Source: Octopus sinensis (lineage: Eukaryota). From it: 64,000 nt of DNA. A model generated the notes under the pieces. It did not search any database. It was not told the DNA's origin and was given only the letters and a program-made list of their open reading frames with translations. Both the position numbers and the translations under genes were made by a program. How positions within the stretch are numbered: the first letter of the stretch is position 1; the number at the start of each line of letters is the position of its first letter. Below are positions 59,775 through 64,000 of the stretch, piece after piece. Location of the stretch: positions 119,412,001 through 119,476,000 of the forward strand of contig NC_043002.1 in the NCBI RefSeq assembly GCF_006345805.1. Direction: 5' to 3'.

Positions 59775-62250
59775 TTGATTAAGACTCTCGGCTTATTTTG
59801 CTCTTTATGATGGAAAGTGTCATCTGTCCACAGCCAGTAGACTAAGGTGACACTTGTTTACTTATGCTTCAAGAACCCTGAGGAGAACTCTTGCAGTTTC
59901 AAGTAATGATGATTTTTGTAGGCGTTCTATCTTTGCATTTATGCAAATATTTTCGAGCCACGTTGGTAGTTGAGTGCTGATACTTCTAAGCGTGCCAATT
60001 ATATATTGAATATATTATGTTGCTCTCTCATGCCTGTTGAAATACTCTGTAGGCGCAAAAAGACTTCACGTGGAGACAACCTTGTAGGTAGGCATTGATC
60101 ATAGGCTGCTATGATAAACTCTTCTATTTCTGATTTTAAGCAAGAAACCACTAACCATTGATGGGTTAGGGCTTTGTCAACACCAGCACTATTAGCTTTC
60201 TTTGGGTATTTTCCATTGAGAGGTTTTTCTTGCCATTTATCATTTAAAATATTTAAGGCTGCAATTTTAGCCCAGGTTTTCATACGCTTAGCTTTTCCTG
60301 TGCTTGTTTCTAGTACGTCTAATTCTGGAATTTGTTGTATTTGGAATTCACTTAAATATTCCTTTGCCTCTTTTGTTACTGAGTATGATGCTTTTTTGTT
60401 TTCATACTTTGAGACAAGTTTTAACATCCAGGCATCAAAGTTTTTCAGGTAGGTGTCTAGGCCGATTGTGGCAATCTTCATTGTTAATTCAAGTTGTAAA
60501 AGTCCACGGCCTCCCTCTTTTCTTGGCAGATAAAGTCGTTCTATATCTGCCTTAGGGTGGTGCATTCTATGCATTGTCAACAGTTTTCGTATTTTTCTGT
60601 CAAGATTATATATTTCAGTAATTGACCAGTTAACGATGTTGAAACTGTAAGTCACGACTGGTATGGCTAAAGTATTGATTACTTCGATCTTGTTTCTTGC
60701 ATTCTGCTCTGTCTTGATTATTGCCCTTACCCTGCGATAACATTCTCTTCTGATTCTTTCCCTCATCACTGAATTTTGATTCCGTCCCCTTCAAATACCC
60801 CTAAGTATTTGAAGCTCTCCGCTGGTTCTAATTCCTTTATGACGTTCTGCTGGTCAAGATTAACGTTAGATGTTTCTGTAATTTTTCCTTTCATAAAAGT
60901 AGCCTTTGCACATTTTTCGAGGCCAAATTGCATCCTGATGTCATCACTGAACAATCGATAGTAAGCCCTGTAGTTGTTGGTCATTTTTTGCAAAGAGATT
61001 TAAATCATCTGTGTAAATAAGATGATTTATATTTTTATCAAACATTTTATAACCGCATTGTACATCATTGAGAAGTGGTGATAGAGTGTTACCCTGGAAA
61101 AAGCCACATGAAATTATTACATCTCCAGCATTAAGAGATTCCTTGTCACTATTCAAAGTGAGTGTGGTTCTTCATGATTGCATACTTACAGACAAGAAGT
61201 TTTGCAGAGTAGATGCTGTTTTATACATTTCCAGACATTTGTACATCCAGCTATGTGGTAGACTAACAAAAGCCTTTTTATAATCTATCCAGGTTATCGT
61301 CAAGTTTTTGTGTCGTTTGTGACAGTCTTCTAAGATCATCTTATTGATGAGAAGCTGATATTTACCACCATAAGATCCACGTTTACTTCCTTTTTGCGCA
61401 TTTGGGAATATGCAACTTTCTATTAAAAAACTTTAGGTGTATTCAGTCAAGACAGATGTTTGCATTTTATACGCTGTTGTTAAGCAAGTTATGGGTCTAT
61501 AATTTTTTGCTTCATTTGTTTCTTCATTTTTTGGATGTAGGAATGTTACACCATTAACTAACCAGGTTGTTGCAAAACATTGTTGTAAAGTTTTGGTTGT
61601 AGTTCATGGCTCTCTGGGAAGGCATTCAACCAGAAGTTAGGAATTTTATCCTTTCCTGGAGACTTCCATTTGCTTGAGCTCCTGAGAACAGACCTTGCAT
61701 CCTCTACCTTAATACCCTCCAACTTTTGCTCTTCTAAGGAGTCTAAGTCTATAGATATTCTATCAATCCAAGGGGCCTTTTCATTGTGTGTTTTTTCTTC
61801 TGCCCAAATTTTATTCTAAAATTCCTGCACTTCTTCTTTTGATAGGGCAGACTTTAGTGTAACTGGCGTTTCTCCTATCTTCTTGTAAAAATATTTTGTG
61901 TTATGTTTGAACATGTTGTTGACCTTGAAGAATCTAATACGCTTTTCATACCTTGCTATGCGGGCAGCTTTAGCACATGCATTTTGCTTGAGAGTTTCTA
62001 TGGTGGTATCGATGTCAAATATGGTTTCCTATTCCACTTTTTTCTTTAATTTTCGGGTTTTTGTTGGTTTGATAGTCTTGTCAAACTTAAGCTTTTTTAA
62101 ACATTCTGTCAGACCTAAGTAACTGAATTTGGTGTTGAATATGCCCTTGCCAAGTAGGCTTTTTGTGGGAATGTTGTCGTTTTCTAATCTTTTCACCACA
62201 TAGAATCGTTGAGATTTTCGCGGGTGCATAGTACAGGTGGTTGAGATCTG
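59775..62250 (-). mobile_element. R4/Dong-clade non-LTR retrotransposon, 5'-truncated and decayed
   Basis: WKSPGKDKIPNFW, YRPITCL, WIDYKKAF..PHSW, GFFQG..LSPLL, HLIYTDDL, YLGV, HHPKADIERLYLPRKEGGRGL, LQKSSLLETARVL; ends in (TAA)n. Confidence 0.88.
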
Positions 62251-62269
62251 TAATAATATATATATATAT

Positions 62270-62437
62270 AGGCGCAGGAGTGGCTGTTTGGTAAGTAGCT
62301 TGCTAACCAACCACATGGTTCCGGGTTCAGTCCCACTGCGTGGCATCTTGGGCAAGTGTCTTCTGCTATAGCCCCGGGCTGACCAATGCCTTGTGAGTGG
62401 ATTTGGTAGACGGAAACTGAAAGAAGCCTGTCGTGTA

Positions 62438-62505
<68 letters not shown>

Positions 62506-62726
62506 TGTGTGTATATGTTTGTGTGTCTGTGTTTTTCCCCCTAGCATTGCTTGACAACCGATGTTGGTGTGTTTACATCCCCATCACTTAGCGGTTCGGC
62601 AAAAGAGACTGATAGAATAAATACTGGGCTTACAAAGAATAAGTCCCGGAGTCGATTTGCTCGACTAAAGGCGGTGCTCCAGCATGGCCGCAGTCAAATG
62701 ACTGAAACAAGTAAAAGAGTAAAAGA

Positions 62727-62728
<2 letters not shown>
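62270..62728 (+). mobile_element. SINE family A
   Basis: Full copy. Confidence 0.92.
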
Positions 62729-62786
<58 letters not shown>

Positions 62787-63421
62787 TATATACATTCATG
62801 CATACATACATGCATATGTATATTGGTAAATATACAAATACACATACGTATATATGTACACGTACATATAGATATACGCTGATAAATGAATATACATAAC
62901 TGCACATATATATGCATGCGTTTGATTGTGTAGCTGTATAGCAATTAGTTAAAATATAACTGTGGGTTTCCGTTATCCGTGCTGTATGTGTGTTTATAGA
63001 ATTCCACTTGGAAACATTCATGGAAGCAAAAGAAAATATATATTGCCAGCTAAAATAATGTTTGTAAACTGTGTATTTGACGATTAATTTCATAGTTTTA
63101 CATTCTACTTTTGATTTTGTATTTAATATCGATTATTGTAATATTGTACGTGATGTCTTTCGACAAATCCTACAATTGTATATATTTAGATATTCACCAT
63201 CTCTTATATTTTTTCTTTACTCGCACTCAACACACGCGCTGGCAGACACACACACACAATTCGATTTTGCAAATGTTGTTATTTGGGTAATTGTTTGTGG
63301 GCTACAAGTAACCACTATCACCACATAAAAATTCAATGATAAATTCGGTTTCAGTATCACATGCAACAACAACAAAAACAACAACAACAACAACACCAGC
63401 AGCAGCAACAACAACAACATC

Positions 63422-63642
63422 AATCCTTTCAGGTACAAAGGCTGATATTTGAGGGAAGGTGGTAAGCTCGCAAAGCCGATTACATCGACCTCAGTACTCA
63501 ACTGGTACTCACTTTTATCGACCCCGAAAGAAGGAAAGGTCAATTCGACCTCAGCTGATTTTGAACCCAGAACTTAAAGACGGACAAAACGTCGCTAAGC
63601 ATGTTGCCTGGCTTGCTAACGATTTTGACAGCTTCGCACCTT
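63422..63642 (-). mobile_element. SINE family B, diverged, inside (CAA)n
   Basis: Degenerate core and head. Confidence 0.75.
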
Positions 63643-63643
63643 A

Positions 63644-63674
<31 letters not shown>

Positions 63675-63694
63675 GCAAAATCAACAACAACAAT

Positions 63695-64000
63695 ATCTTG
63701 GTATAAAAGAAAGGCTACAGCAAATATTCTGCTCAATACCACAGATTTGCTTGTCAGTTGTTTGACCTTAACCAGTTGAGCATGTCTCTTAGTGGCCGAC
63801 GATATGTGCATCTCTGATCACGAGCAGAAGTAGTGGGGGAGCATCGTAGCCATGTGTTGAGAGGGATTCTTTGGGGTTTGAATAATTCACCTCTGGAAAC
63901 ATAGGTGTTTTATTCAACATCCTTAAACAATACTTATTCAGGGACCTTTGAGCGGGATGGGCTACTCGACCTGAATAAAATTCTAACTGGACCCCACCTG
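63695..64000 (+). mobile_element. Second copy of the 480-bp element (runs off the window end)
   Basis: Reverse complement of ~59443-59750. Confidence 0.85.

Noticed and set aside
873-63093. Dozens of ORFs rich in YI, CV, HT, LSIY, MYVC repeats
   Set aside because: They are translations of TA/GT/TATC/CATA microsatellites, not genes.

Overview
AT-rich eukaryotic genomic DNA with no intact host gene. The SINE families and very high microsatellite density suggest a cephalopod, probably Octopus (inference). Almost every ORF in the supplied track is a microsatellite or SINE artefact. The window is mostly repeats. It holds about 35 copies of four tRNA-headed SINE families (labelled A-D here), a Tc1 element and further Tc1/mariner remnants, RTE, R4/Dong and other LINE fragments, and Helitron-like elements. 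It also holds Penelope-like (PLE) fragments whose termini fold as type I hammerhead ribozymes. The ORF track misses several signals. (1) Heavily decayed, intronless family-B DNA polymerase sequence, with motifs in the right order and spacing at ~39.95-41.16 kb and ~22.2-22.9 kb and a weaker hit at ~9.7-10.2 kb, suggests an ancient endogenous large DNA virus or giant element; other stop-riddled coding-like islands may belong to it. (2) A 1.9-kb ORF1-only (HAL1-like) L1/Tx1-type retroelement sits in a SINE head with a 15-bp TSD, and a homologous ORF1 lies inside a Helitron 7 kb away. (3) Hammerhead motifs come from at least four repeat families. (4) A 184-bp SINE-derived tandem array, a twin-priming-type RTE inversion and one candidate TRIM-like coiled-coil exon are also present. 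All protein assignments come from hand translation and recalled motifs, not database searches.
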